A stretch of DNA of 63,863 nt, counting the filler. It is 4 parts of 4 records of this genome, joined end to end, with 100 filler letters (N's around TTAATTAATTAA, not from the genome) between each part and the next. Parts side by side here need not be neighbours in the genome. Positions count along the whole stretch, not along the records: positions 44,304 to 51,454 come from SRR20825019_2125; positions 51,555 to 63,863 come from SRR20825019_2126; 2 more parts are not named here. One strand, 5' to 3'. Below, piece by piece: positions 51,119 through 60,647 of the stretch. The notes below the pieces were generated by a model that worked only from the letters and a program-made list of their open reading frames with translations, had not been told where the DNA came from and searched no databases. The number at the start of each line of letters is the position of its first letter. The stretch's first letter is position 1. The position numbers and the translations under genes were made by a program.

Positions 51119-51454
51119 AAGTAGAGGCGGGTCTCTGACCCGCCTCTACTTTTGGCAAGGTGGGCTGCGAGCTCGCTCGCGCATGTGCATCAAAGGCCGC
51201 GAGCAAGCTCACGGCCTACGGGTTTCATCTATTCGTAGCTACGAGCGTAAGCGAGTGGGTGGGATATGCCTCACAACGAACCGATGGGCACAGGGACGTG
51301 CCCATCCACCTCAATCACGGGTGGATCGCGGCACACCGGGGATCCTTCGTCGCTTCAAGCTATGAGAGGACACGCGGTTCGCCCTACCTGATACAGCGGT
51401 CACGCCCGACCAAAGAGGTCACAAAAAAGCCCCGTTCGGCTGGCCAGCCGAACG
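51119..51454. repeat. Mosaic REP cluster
   Basis: Perfect GTAGAGGCGGGTC hairpin, GT(G/A)GGCTGCGAGC pair, GTAGCTACGAGCG, GATGGGCAC..GTGCCCATC, nested element at 51341-51389. Confidence 0.85.
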
Positions 51455-51554
51455 NNNNNNNNNNNNNNNNNNNNNNNNNNNNNNNNNNNNNNNNNNNNTT
51501 AATTAATTAANNNNNNNNNNNNNNNNNNNNNNNNNNNNNNNNNNNNNNNNNNNN
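51455..51554. other. Artificial contig spacer
   Basis: 44 N + TTAATTAATTAA + 44 N. Confidence 0.98.
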
Positions 51555-51599
51555 TCAGCTACACCACACGCTGGGACACGATCGAAACTGCCGAGGAGA

Positions 51600-53003
51600 G
51601 TGACAATCCAACCCCCTTCATCAAGCCGCGCCACAGCCATTGCAAAGGCTGTAGAAACCCTGTCGTCGGGGAAACTCAAGGCGGATCTGGCGCGGCGAGT
51701 CGCCATGCCGACGGTCTCCAGAGACGAAACCCGCTGGCCGGAACTGGACCGCTATCTCAGCGAGGAAATGGTCCCGCTCTATGAAGAACTGGGATTCACA
51801 TGCCGCGTGCTCCGCAAGGCCCCCGCCCCCGGCCCCTTTCTGATTGCGGAACGGATCGAAGACCCGGGCAAGCCGACCGTGCTGATGTATGCCCATGGCG
51901 ATGTCGTGACCGGGCTGGAGGAGCAATGGCGCGAGGGTGTGGTTCCATTTGAACTGCGCGCGCTGGACGGCAAATGGTATGGTCGCGGTACAGCCGACAA
52001 CAAGGGACAGCACTCGGTCAACCTTGCCGCGATCGAGGCCATTCTCGCCACGCGCGGGGCACTCGGATTCAATATCAAATATCTCGTGGAAATGGGCGAG
52101 GAATACGGGTCTCCCGCGCTTGAGACACTCTGCGCCGAAAACAGGGAGGCCCTGAAGGCGGATCTGCTGATCGCTTCGGACGGGCCTCGGGCCGGACGGG
52201 ACAAGCCGACGATTTTTCTTGGCGCGCGCGGCGGCGTCAACATCCACCTCGAAGTGGCCGCGCGGGACGGGTTCCATCATTCCGGAAACTGGGGCGGATT
52301 GCTCGCCAACCCTGCGGTCGAACTCGCCCACGCCATCGCAACCCTGATCGGCCCCACCGGCGAGTGCCTGGTTCCCGAGCTGACGCCCGGCGAGATCCCC
52401 GAAAACGTCCGCGCGGTGTTGAAAGACTGCAAAATCGAGACAGCACCGGGAGATCCCGAACTCGATCCCTGGTGGGGCGCTCCCGGTCTCACCCAGGCCG
52501 AACGCGTCTATGCCTGGTCGACGCTCGAAGTCATGGAAATCGAAGCCGGCAATCTCGCCAATCCGCTCTATGCGATCCCGCCGTCAGCCAAAGCGCGGCT
52601 TCAGCTCAGGCATCCGGTCGGCGTCGATACCGACGGCATCGAGACCGCCGTTCGAAAAAAACTCGACGCCGCAGGCTTGCAGCGCGTCAAGATCGTGCCG
52701 GCCACCGACGCGTCATTCCCGGCCAGCCGCTCCGATCTTGACGGCCCCTGGGTCAAATTCGTCGCCGCCTCAATGGAGCGCACGCTCGGCGAACATCCCT
52801 GCATTCTGCCAAATCTCGGCGGTTCGCTGCCCAACGCAATATTCTCAGACTTGCTGCAATTGCCAACGATCTGGATCCCGCATTCCTATCCCGGCTGCCG
52901 CCAGCACGGGGCCGACGAGCATCTGCCGGTCTCGATCGCCCGGGAAGGACTGGCAATCATGGCCGGACTTTTCTGGGATCTGGGTGAAATGGAGCAAAGC
53001 TGA
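51600..53003 (+). CDS. M20 family metallopeptidase/amidohydrolase
   Basis: AHGDVV, GRGTADNKGQH, EMGEE, HHSGNWGG, QHGADEH. Confidence 0.9.
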   Translation: MTIQPPSSSRATAIAKAVETLSSGKLKADLARRVAMPTVSRDETRWPELDRYLSEEMVPLYEELGFTCRVLRKAPAPGPFLIAERIEDPGKPTVLMYAHGDVVTGLEEQWREGVVPFELRALDGKWYGRGTADNKGQHSVNLAAIEAILATRGALGFNIKYLVEMGEEYGSPALETLCAENREALKADLLIASDGPRAGRDKPTIFLGARGGVNIHLEVAARDGFHHSGNWGGLLANPAVELAHAIATLIGPTGECLVPELTPGEIPENVRAVLKDCKIETAPGDPELDPWWGAPGLTQAERVYAWSTLEVMEIEAGNLANPLYAIPPSAKARLQLRHPVGVDTDGIETAVRKKLDAAGLQRVKIVPATDASFPASRSDLDGPWVKFVAASMERTLGEHPCILPNLGGSLPNAIFSDLLQLPTIWIPHSYPGCRQHGADEHLPVSIAREGLAIMAGLFWDLGEMEQS

Positions 53004-53024
53004 AACCCCAGCCCTTCAGTCTGC

Positions 53025-53519
53025 TCAGCCCTGCGGCATCAGGCTCCGGAAGGCCTTGCGAACATAGACAAGCGCATCGCCGTCCGTCGAAAGCTCGACT
53101 TCCCCGATCTCGCCGATGAAGATACGGTGACTGCCGACATCATGCTCGGCCGTCACCACGCATGAAAGTGCTGCCCGCGCCCCTTCAAGCCGCGGCATGC
53201 CCAGGCCGCAGGTCTGCCAGCGGCCCGGCTCGAATTTATCGACGCCGTGCAGACCGGTCGCGCCGGCAAAACGAAGCGCCAATGCATGATCCTGATCGTT
53301 CAGCAGTTGCACGCAGAACCGGCCACACCGCGAAATTTCGGCGCCGGTTTCGGTCTTGCGGTTGATGCAGACAAGCAGGCTTGGCGGATCATCCGTAACC
53401 GAGCAGACCGCCGTCGCCGTCATTCCGCGCCGGTCATCCCCCTCGCCCGTGGTCACGACGGTCACAGCGCCGGGAAACATCGCCATAGCCAGGCGAAAAT
53501 TCTCAGGATTGGTTTGCAT
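53025..53519 (-). CDS. Flavin reductase (HpaC-like)
   Basis: VTVVTT, GMTATAVCSV, PPSLLVC, GSHRIFIG. Confidence 0.92.
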   Translation of the reverse strand: MQTNPENFRLAMAMFPGAVTVVTTGEGDDRRGMTATAVCSVTDDPPSLLVCINRKTETGAEISRCGRFCVQLLNDQDHALALRFAGATGLHGVDKFEPGRWQTCGLGMPRLEGARAALSCVVTAEHDVGSHRIFIGEIGEVELSTDGDALVYVRKAFRSLMPQG

Positions 53520-54447
53520 CAAAACCTTCCTTTTGAGGTTCGTACCCGCGCTGAAGCACCCCGGTCAGCCACTGAAGACCCGGATCGGCGCTGAACATCT
53601 CATGGGTCCAGAACTTGATTTCATAGTCCGGCAGGTCGAACGGCAATTCGCATAGCTTCAGGTCGTCATGGTGATGCATCAGGGAGAAAACCGATCGCGG
53701 AAACACCGCAGCATGGTCGGTACGCCGGACGATCTCGGGAAGAATGGTGAAATGCTCAAGGCGCGCCGCGATGTGATACTGAATGCCCAGATCCTCGATC
53801 CTCGCCCGCGCCATGCGATACCCTGTCGCCTCCCGGCTGACATCGATGAATGAGAGTTCGGAAAAGCTGTCCCTGGTCCATTCCTTTTCCAGCACCGGAT
53901 GGCCGTTGCGCACCAGACAGATCAACTGGTCTTTCAAAAGAAAGGCCCCGCGGCAGGCTGTATCTTCCAAAAGCGGGCAATAGCCGATCGCCGCATCGAC
54001 CTTGCCGACGCGCAATGCCGTTTCCAGCGCATCGGTCGGCACCCGGGCCGTCTGGATATTGACCCCCGGCGCCACGGCCTGCAAAGCGTTCAGAAGACGC
54101 GGCAGGGTCACGAATTCGCCGGTATCCGTCATGGCAATGCGAAACCGCCGCGTTGACGTCGCCGGATCGAATGTCAGAGAGGCATCCATGGAATCCCGCA
54201 AGATGCGCATTGCCTGCTGAAACGGCGCGTAAAGCGCGGTCGCTGCCGGCGTCGGATGCATTTCATGACCCGAACGCAGGAACAGCCTGTCATCGAAGGT
54301 ATCGCGCAAACGCCGCAAGGCATGGCTGACGGCCGGCTGCGTGAGCCCGAGACGCTGGGCGGCGGCGGTCAGGTTCTCCGCCTCATAGACGGCGATAAAG
54401 ACCTTGATCAGGTTGAGATCGAACAGCAACAAGCGCCGGTCATCCAT
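53503..54447 (-). CDS. LysR regulator (NahR/DntR/NodD-like)
   Basis: DLNLIKVF, TQPAVSHALRRLR, FDPATSTRRFRIAMTD. Confidence 0.93.
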   Translation of the reverse strand: MDDRRLLLFDLNLIKVFIAVYEAENLTAAAQRLGLTQPAVSHALRRLRDTFDDRLFLRSGHEMHPTPAATALYAPFQQAMRILRDSMDASLTFDPATSTRRFRIAMTDTGEFVTLPRLLNALQAVAPGVNIQTARVPTDALETALRVGKVDAAIGYCPLLEDTACRGAFLLKDQLICLVRNGHPVLEKEWTRDSFSELSFIDVSREATGYRMARARIEDLGIQYHIAARLEHFTILPEIVRRTDHAAVFPRSVFSLMHHHDDLKLCELPFDLPDYEIKFWTHEMFSADPGLQWLTGVLQRGYEPQKEGFDANQS

Positions 54448-54477
54448 GGGCAACGCACCTTTCGTCTTGGCAAAGCC

Positions 54478-55680
54478 TCAGGGATAACCACGCGGCGCAT
54501 CGAGACCGACAAGAACGCGGCCGGCACTTTCGAACGTCAAATCCGCGACGGCAGCATGCTGCGTGACCACCATGGCATCCCGCAAATGGCGCTGCATCGG
54601 GGTGTCCTTGCTGATGACGCCCATGCCGGCGATCCGGTAGCAATGCTGCACGATCTCGGCGCCGGTGCGGGCGGCGTTGCTGGCGCTCAACCGCAGCATC
54701 GTGTTTTCCTCGACCGAGACAGGGTTTCCCTTCAGCAGGCTATCCCAGGCTGCCTCGGCGGCTTCATAGAAGAATGCCCTTGCGCTCCGCAGTTTCGCTT
54801 CGCATTCGCCGATCCCGCTCAGAAAGTAGCCCCGGTCGCACAATCTTGAATGGCCGACCATGATCTTGGCTGCCCCGGCGACCGATATCGCCTGATTGAT
54901 CGCCGCGCGCGCCAGACCAAGATTGCAGGCCGCATGGACCTCGGCCTGATAGGCCATGGCCGGATAGCGATAGAGAAGGTCGTCGAAAATGCCGGGCGCG
55001 CCACGTTCGCAGATCCAAGCGTCGGAATAGAACTTGTCCTTCACGGTGGTGTCGTGGCTGCCGGTGCCCTGCATGCCCGAGACATCCCATGTCTCGATAA
55101 TCCCGACCTCGGATGCCGGCGCCACCGCCATCATCACCAGCGGCGGCGCATCAGCGCTCTCCCCCTCGCGGCGGCCCGCTATGCCAACGCCGATCCAGTC
55201 AGCGCCCATGCAGCCAGAGGCGAATTTCCACCGGCCTGAAACGCGCCAGCCGCCTTCGACCCGCACCGCTTCCTGGACCGGGTGCAGCCCGCCGGCAAAA
55301 ACCTGGTCGGGGCCGTCCTGATACATGATTTCCTGAGCCTCGACCGAGAGCGCCGCGGTATAGGTATTGGCCGAGCCGAAGGCCGCCACCCAGGCGGCTG
55401 ATCCATCGACGGTGGCGATAGCATCGATCATCTTCAGGAAATGATGCGGCGCAAGCGCATCGCCACCGAACCGGGCCGGGGTGGCGGAGCGGAAAATCCT
55501 TGCCTTTTTCATCAGTGCGATCACATCGCGGGGAATGTGGCGCAGTTCCTCGAACTCACGCTGACGCCGCGCAATCACGCTCAGAAGCTCTGCAAATTCG
55601 GGTGTTTGCGTCAGTGTCGCGCCATCGATACCGGATGTCACGATGTCGCTGTCGCGCAAGGCATGGCTCTCGGCAGTCAT
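54478..55680 (-). CDS. Group D flavin-dependent monooxygenase (acyl-CoA dehydrogenase fold; IacA/indole 'pigment hydroxylase'-like)
   Basis: DGSAAWVAAFG, DGPDQVFAGG, GRWKFASGCMGADWIGVG, GTGSHD, VVTQHA. Confidence 0.88.
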   Translation of the reverse strand: MTAESHALRDSDIVTSGIDGATLTQTPEFAELLSVIARRQREFEELRHIPRDVIALMKKARIFRSATPARFGGDALAPHHFLKMIDAIATVDGSAAWVAAFGSANTYTAALSVEAQEIMYQDGPDQVFAGGLHPVQEAVRVEGGWRVSGRWKFASGCMGADWIGVGIAGRREGESADAPPLVMMAVAPASEVGIIETWDVSGMQGTGSHDTTVKDKFYSDAWICERGAPGIFDDLLYRYPAMAYQAEVHAACNLGLARAAINQAISVAGAAKIMVGHSRLCDRGYFLSGIGECEAKLRSARAFFYEAAEAAWDSLLKGNPVSVEENTMLRLSASNAARTGAEIVQHCYRIAGMGVISKDTPMQRHLRDAMVVTQHAAVADLTFESAGRVLVGLDAPRGYP

Positions 55681-55734
55681 GGTTCGTTCCTTATCTATTG
55701 CTCCTGACAAGAAGCCCAGCTTTCCTTATAAGGC

Positions 55735-55980
55735 AAATTAATATTTATAAGAGTATCAATAAATGAAATTCATGATTGGGACATTGATAGCCCGTCGGGA
55801 CAGTTCCTTGTTCGATGCATCCCCTTACGATCATTGCCATTTCCACCGCCATCTCAAAGCGCTGCGCGTTCAGGCCGGCCCCATTCCGCCTGCCGGATCG
55901 CCGCAAGATAAAGGCTGTTGCCGCGAATTACATTTTAAGTTTCAAGTTTTTTGATATCATTTGATCAAAATATCTTGATC
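55735..55980. promoter_or_regulatory. AT-rich divergent control region with candidate operators
   Basis: ATGAAATTCAT palindrome (55763-55773); TTGATATCA and TTTGATCAAA palindromes (about 55951-55969). Confidence 0.45.
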
Positions 55981-56063
55981 CTTCCTCCGAAACACGTTTT
56001 GATGACCTCGATCAACGCCGCCACCTCCAAAACCAAGAGCGGTCAACCATCAGAGGGATTACA

Positions 56064-57641
56064 ATGACGATTTTCAACAAGGCCGCCCTGGCGGCGAGCC
56101 TGCTGCTTGGCACCGCGCTTTCGGCACCGGCGGCCGACTTCGATTTCGCCGGTCCGCTTGACGCCTACACGCTTGATCCGCACGCCATTTCCAACACGCT
56201 CGTCTTCGCGGTTCTGCACAATGTCTACGAGCCGCTGGTACAGCGTGGTCCGGACCTCGAACTGGCTCCGGCGCTGGCGACGGAATGGACCCAGATCGAT
56301 GACAAAACCTGGGAGTTCAAGCTGCGCCAGGGCGTCACTTTCTCGAATGGCAATCCCTTCAACGCCGACGATGTCGTCTTCTCCTTCGAGCGTGCCAAGA
56401 AGGGCGGCATGAAATCGCATCTGGCCGATGCCGCGTCGATCGAGAAGGTCGATGATTACACGGTCAGGATCGTCACGCGCGCCACCGATCCGATCCTGCC
56501 GAAGCAGATCGTCAACTGGCTGATGATGGACAAGGAATGGGCGGAGGAGAATGGCGCCTCGGAGCCTGGCCAGGCCGACAACTCGACCGAAAGCTTCGCC
56601 AATCGCAATACGATGGGCACTGGCCCCTATGTGATTTCCGAGCGCGATCCGGGCGTGAAGACCGCGTTCACCGCAAATGACAAGTGGTGGGGCGAACGCC
56701 TCGGCAATATCGACAAGGCAACGTTCCAGGTCATCGCCAACCCGTCAACCCGCGTCGCCGCCCTGATCTCGGGCGAGGTGGACATGATCGATGGCGTTCC
56801 GCCGCAGGATGCCGACCGGATCGAGAAAGCCGACGGGCTGCATATCGTGGCGAGCTCGGACCTCAGGACCGTCTATCTGCAGATGGATGTTGATCGCGAC
56901 GAATTGATTTATGGCGAAGCAGATGGCAATCCGTTCAAGGATCCGAGGGTGCGTGAAGCCATGTCTCTTGTGATCGATACCGGCGCCATCCAGAAGAAGA
57001 TCATGCGCGGCTACTCCACGCCCGTGGGATTGCCGATCGGCAAGGAAGTGACCGGCTCGACCGACGCATTGAACACCCCCGTCCAGCCTGACGTCGAGAA
57101 AGCGCGCCAGCTGATGGAGGACGCCGGTTACGGCGATGGCTTCAAGGTCACGATCGACTGCACGTCCGACCGCTTCATGAACGACGAGGCCACATGCCTG
57201 GCGATCGGCTCGTTCCTCAGCCAGATCAATATCGACGTCACGCCGCGCGCCCAGACGACCAGCCGCTGGGCACAGCAGATCAATCCGCCCAGTTACGACA
57301 CTTCATTCACGATGCTGAGCTATTCGCCCTATACCTACGACGCGCATCAGTTCCTGTCAGGACTGGCGGTCACCCGCGACGCGGAAAAGGGACGCGGCGT
57401 CTTCAATATCGGCGGCTATTCCAACCCGGAAGTCGACCGCCTGACCGATGAGATTGGCGCAGAGACCGATCAGGACAAGCGCGCGGCGCTGATGGAAGAG
57501 GCGTTCTCGATCATCAAGGCCGACAATGCCTATATCCCGATCCACCAGCTGCAAATTCTCTGGGGCGTCAGCGACAAGGTCGAGGTCGTTCAGCAGGCGG
57601 ATCTCGCCTACCCGCTGATGTGGTTCAAAGTCGACCAGTGA
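56064..57641 (+). CDS. Peptide/nickel-type (family 5) ABC substrate-binding protein
   Basis: Signal peptide, TLDPH, PALATEW, FKLRQGVTF, GTGPY. Confidence 0.93.
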   Translation: MTIFNKAALAASLLLGTALSAPAADFDFAGPLDAYTLDPHAISNTLVFAVLHNVYEPLVQRGPDLELAPALATEWTQIDDKTWEFKLRQGVTFSNGNPFNADDVVFSFERAKKGGMKSHLADAASIEKVDDYTVRIVTRATDPILPKQIVNWLMMDKEWAEENGASEPGQADNSTESFANRNTMGTGPYVISERDPGVKTAFTANDKWWGERLGNIDKATFQVIANPSTRVAALISGEVDMIDGVPPQDADRIEKADGLHIVASSDLRTVYLQMDVDRDELIYGEADGNPFKDPRVREAMSLVIDTGAIQKKIMRGYSTPVGLPIGKEVTGSTDALNTPVQPDVEKARQLMEDAGYGDGFKVTIDCTSDRFMNDEATCLAIGSFLSQINIDVTPRAQTTSRWAQQINPPSYDTSFTMLSYSPYTYDAHQFLSGLAVTRDAEKGRGVFNIGGYSNPEVDRLTDEIGAETDQDKRAALMEEAFSIIKADNAYIPIHQLQILWGVSDKVEVVQQADLAYPLMWFKVDQ

Positions 57642-58789
57642 ACATGCAGGCGGAATTTACCGGGCGGCTGGCGGAACTGATCGCTTTCCCCTCAACCAGC
57701 GACGTCAGCAATCTTGACCTTGTCGCCCAAATCGAAACGCTTGCTACCCGTTCGGGTGGCAGGTTCCGCCGTTTCGCGAACGCCGAGGGCGACAAGGCAA
57801 ACATCCTTGTCTCGATCGGTCCGGAAGAACCCGGCGGCATCGTACTGTCCGGCCATACGGATGTGGTTCCGGTCAAGGGCCAGACCTGGACCGGCGATCC
57901 ATGGACGCTGCGCGATGATGGCAGGCGGCTGATCGGGCGCGGCGCGACCGACATGAAGGGGTTTCTGGCCTGTTGCCTTGCGGCCATGCCGCAGATCGCC
58001 GCCATGCCGCTGAAAAAGCCGGTGCACCTTGCCTTTTCCTACGACGAGGAAGTCGGTTGCACGGGCGTCGGCCCGATGGCGGAGTGGGTCGGGCAACACG
58101 CAAAACCCCGTCTTGCCGTCATTGGCGAAGCGACGTCTATGGAGCTGGTCACCGCGCATAAGGGCGGTTGCATCGGTTGGTGCCATGTCACCGGCAAACC
58201 CGGCCATTCCTCACAGCCGGAAAAGGGCGTCAACGCCGTCATGCTTGCAGCCGAACTGATCAGCGAAATCGGCCGCATCTATGCGGACATGAAGGCGGGC
58301 CTCCGTTTCGACGCGCTCGTTCCGCCCTACTCGACCATTCAGGTCAACCAGATCGAAGGCGGCAGCCATGGCAATATCCTGGCGGAAAAGGCCAATTTCT
58401 TCTGGGAAATGCGCATCGTGCCGGGCGAAAGCGATGACGCTGTCCTGAACCGCATGCGCCAATTTGCCAACCATCTCGAGCAATCGATGAAGCTGGTCGA
58501 TCCCGCCTGCGGCATCCGCTTCGATGTGCTCGCGCGCATCCCGGCGCTGGCGCCGACCGGTGATGCGGGCCTGGAGGCCGAATTGCTGGCGCTGCTCTCA
58601 CGCGAGAAGACCCGCGCGGTTTCCTACGGAACGGAGGCCGGCATCTTCGCCGCGGCGGGCACGCCATCGGTTGTCATCGGGCCGGGTGACATCGCCGATG
58701 CACACCAACCCGATGAAAGTATCGCCATTTCCCAGATGGTCGCATGTTGCGACTTCCTCCTGAAGCTTGCGGAGGCTGAAACCCGGTGA
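57638..58789 (+). CDS. argE: Acetylornithine deacetylase-like M20 amidohydrolase
   Basis: SGHTDVVP, GRGATDMKG, DEEVGC, GTEAG, AHQPDE; substrate may differ from ArgE. Confidence 0.85.
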   Translation: MNMQAEFTGRLAELIAFPSTSDVSNLDLVAQIETLATRSGGRFRRFANAEGDKANILVSIGPEEPGGIVLSGHTDVVPVKGQTWTGDPWTLRDDGRRLIGRGATDMKGFLACCLAAMPQIAAMPLKKPVHLAFSYDEEVGCTGVGPMAEWVGQHAKPRLAVIGEATSMELVTAHKGGCIGWCHVTGKPGHSSQPEKGVNAVMLAAELISEIGRIYADMKAGLRFDALVPPYSTIQVNQIEGGSHGNILAEKANFFWEMRIVPGESDDAVLNRMRQFANHLEQSMKLVDPACGIRFDVLARIPALAPTGDAGLEAELLALLSREKTRAVSYGTEAGIFAAAGTPSVVIGPGDIADAHQPDESIAISQMVACCDFLLKLAEAETR

Positions 58790-59757
58790 TCCTGCAATCG
58801 GTCGAACGCATCCTGCAGACCTGTCTGGTGCTGCTGATCATCAGCTTCATCGCCTTCCTGCTGGTCGCCACGCTGGGAGACCCCTTGAGCCTGCTTCTGC
58901 CGCCGGATGCCTCGATCGCAGAACGCAATGACCTGATCAGCCGACTGGCGCTGGATCAGCCGCTGTTGTTGCGGTTCTGGGACTTTCTCAAGGGGCTTCT
59001 GCAAGGCGATTTTGGCATTTCCTACCGCACCCAGGGCGATGTCGGCACGATGATCGCCGAGCGTCTGCCGGCGACGGTGGAGCTTGCCTTTGTCAGCTTG
59101 CTGATTACCATTTTTGTCGGCCTGCCACTCGGCATCCTGTGCGGTATCCGCCCCCACGGCATACCCGCTCGGATTGTCATGTTTGGCTCGATTGCCGGCA
59201 TCACGCTGCCGAACTTCGTTGTCGGCATCGTGCTGATCGCTGTCTTTTCAACCCAACTCGGCTGGCTTCCGTCCTTCGGGCGCGGCGAGACGGTCGATAT
59301 CGGCTGGTGGCGCACGGGTCTTCTGACGATCTCCGGCTGGCGTTCGATCATTCTGCCGGCCATCACGCTGTCGGCCTTCCAGGTCACATTCGTCATCCGC
59401 ATGTTGCGCACGCAACTGATGGAGGTCGGGCAGAGCGAACACATCCGTTTCGCCCGCGCGCGCGGCCTCAGCGAAAGCCGCATCTGGTTTTCATACTGCA
59501 TGCGCAATGCGCTTTTGCCGACGATAACGATGCTGGCCCTGCAGCTTGGCAATGTCATTGCGTTTTCCGTCGTCACCGAAAGCGTGTTCGCCTGGCCGGG
59601 CCTTGGCTCTCTGTTCCTTCAGTCGGTCCAGTCAGCGGATATTCCCGTCATCGCCATCTATCTGATCTTCGTCGGAGCCGTTTTCATGATCCTCAACCTC
59701 GCGGTCGAACTGGTCTACCCGCTGATCGACCCCCGCTTGAAGCAGAGGCGCGCATGA
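58786..59757 (+). CDS. ABC permease (DppB-like)
   Basis: GDP, GDFGISY, RLPATVELA, ARARGL, WPGLG. Confidence 0.93.
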   Translation: MILQSVERILQTCLVLLIISFIAFLLVATLGDPLSLLLPPDASIAERNDLISRLALDQPLLLRFWDFLKGLLQGDFGISYRTQGDVGTMIAERLPATVELAFVSLLITIFVGLPLGILCGIRPHGIPARIVMFGSIAGITLPNFVVGIVLIAVFSTQLGWLPSFGRGETVDIGWWRTGLLTISGWRSIILPAITLSAFQVTFVIRMLRTQLMEVGQSEHIRFARARGLSESRIWFSYCMRNALLPTITMLALQLGNVIAFSVVTESVFAWPGLGSLFLQSVQSADIPVIAIYLIFVGAVFMILNLAVELVYPLIDPRLKQRRA

Positions 59758-60647
59758 AAGTTCTCCTCGATGCACTGCGCGGAGCGCCCGGCGCGAAGGC
59801 TGCGGCAATTCTGATCCTCGTCCTTCTGGCATACGCCGTGCTGGTTCCGCTGATCGCGCCCGATCCCTTCCAGCTCTCCGGCATGTCGATCATGGACGCC
59901 TTCACGCCGCCGTTCTGGGCGGATGGCGGCAACCCGGCCATGCCGCTCGGGGCCGACGATCAGGGACGCGATCTGGTCGTGGCCATGGCCTATGGCCTGA
60001 GAACGTCGATACTGGTCGGCTTCGCCTCGGTGATCATCGGACTTGTCATCGGCGGCGCGCTGGGATTGATCGCAGGCTTCGCCGGCGGACGCACGGATGC
60101 CCTGATCATGCGCATCGCCGACGTTCAACTCGCATACCCTGCCCTTCTGCTGGCGATGGTGATCGACGGGATTGCAAACGCCGTCATCGGCAAGGAACGC
60201 TCTCCCGTCGTGGCGATCGTGATCGTGACGCTTTCGATCGGCATTGCCTTCTGGGTCCAGTATGCGCGCACGATCCGCTCCTCGGTTCTGGTCGAACGCG
60301 AACAGGACTATGTCGCCGCCGCCCGCATTTCCGGCCGTTCGGCAATCGGCATCATGCTGTTGCATATCCTGCCGAACGTCATGGCCCCGGTTCTGGTAAT
60401 CGCCACCATCAATCTCGGCATCGCCGTCATTACCGAGGCGACGCTGAGCTTTCTGGGCATCGGCATCCCGCTCACCTACCCTTCGCTCGGCGCATTGATC
60501 CGCAACGGCAACAACTTTCTGCAATCGGGCGAATGGTGGATTTCAGTCTGGCCGTGCCTGATTCTGGTCGCGCTCGTCATCGCCGTCAACGTCCTTGGCG
60601 ATCATCTGCGCGACTATTTCAATCCGAAGCTGAAAGGTCGCTCATGA
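59754..60647 (+). CDS. ABC permease (DppC-like)
   Basis: ATG overlaps the dppB-like stop; LGADDQGRD, EQDYVAAA, HILPN, LSFLG. Confidence 0.93.
   Translation: MKVLLDALRGAPGAKAAAILILVLLAYAVLVPLIAPDPFQLSGMSIMDAFTPPFWADGGNPAMPLGADDQGRDLVVAMAYGLRTSILVGFASVIIGLVIGGALGLIAGFAGGRTDALIMRIADVQLAYPALLLAMVIDGIANAVIGKERSPVVAIVIVTLSIGIAFWVQYARTIRSSVLVEREQDYVAAARISGRSAIGIMLLHILPNVMAPVLVIATINLGIAVITEATLSFLGIGIPLTYPSLGALIRNGNNFLQSGEWWISVWPCLILVALVIAVNVLGDHLRDYFNPKLKGRS

Noticed and set aside
59139..59753. 205-aa N-terminal extension on the DppC-like ORF
   Set aside because: Alternative-frame overlap with the dppB-like gene; the likely start is the ATGA overlap at 59754
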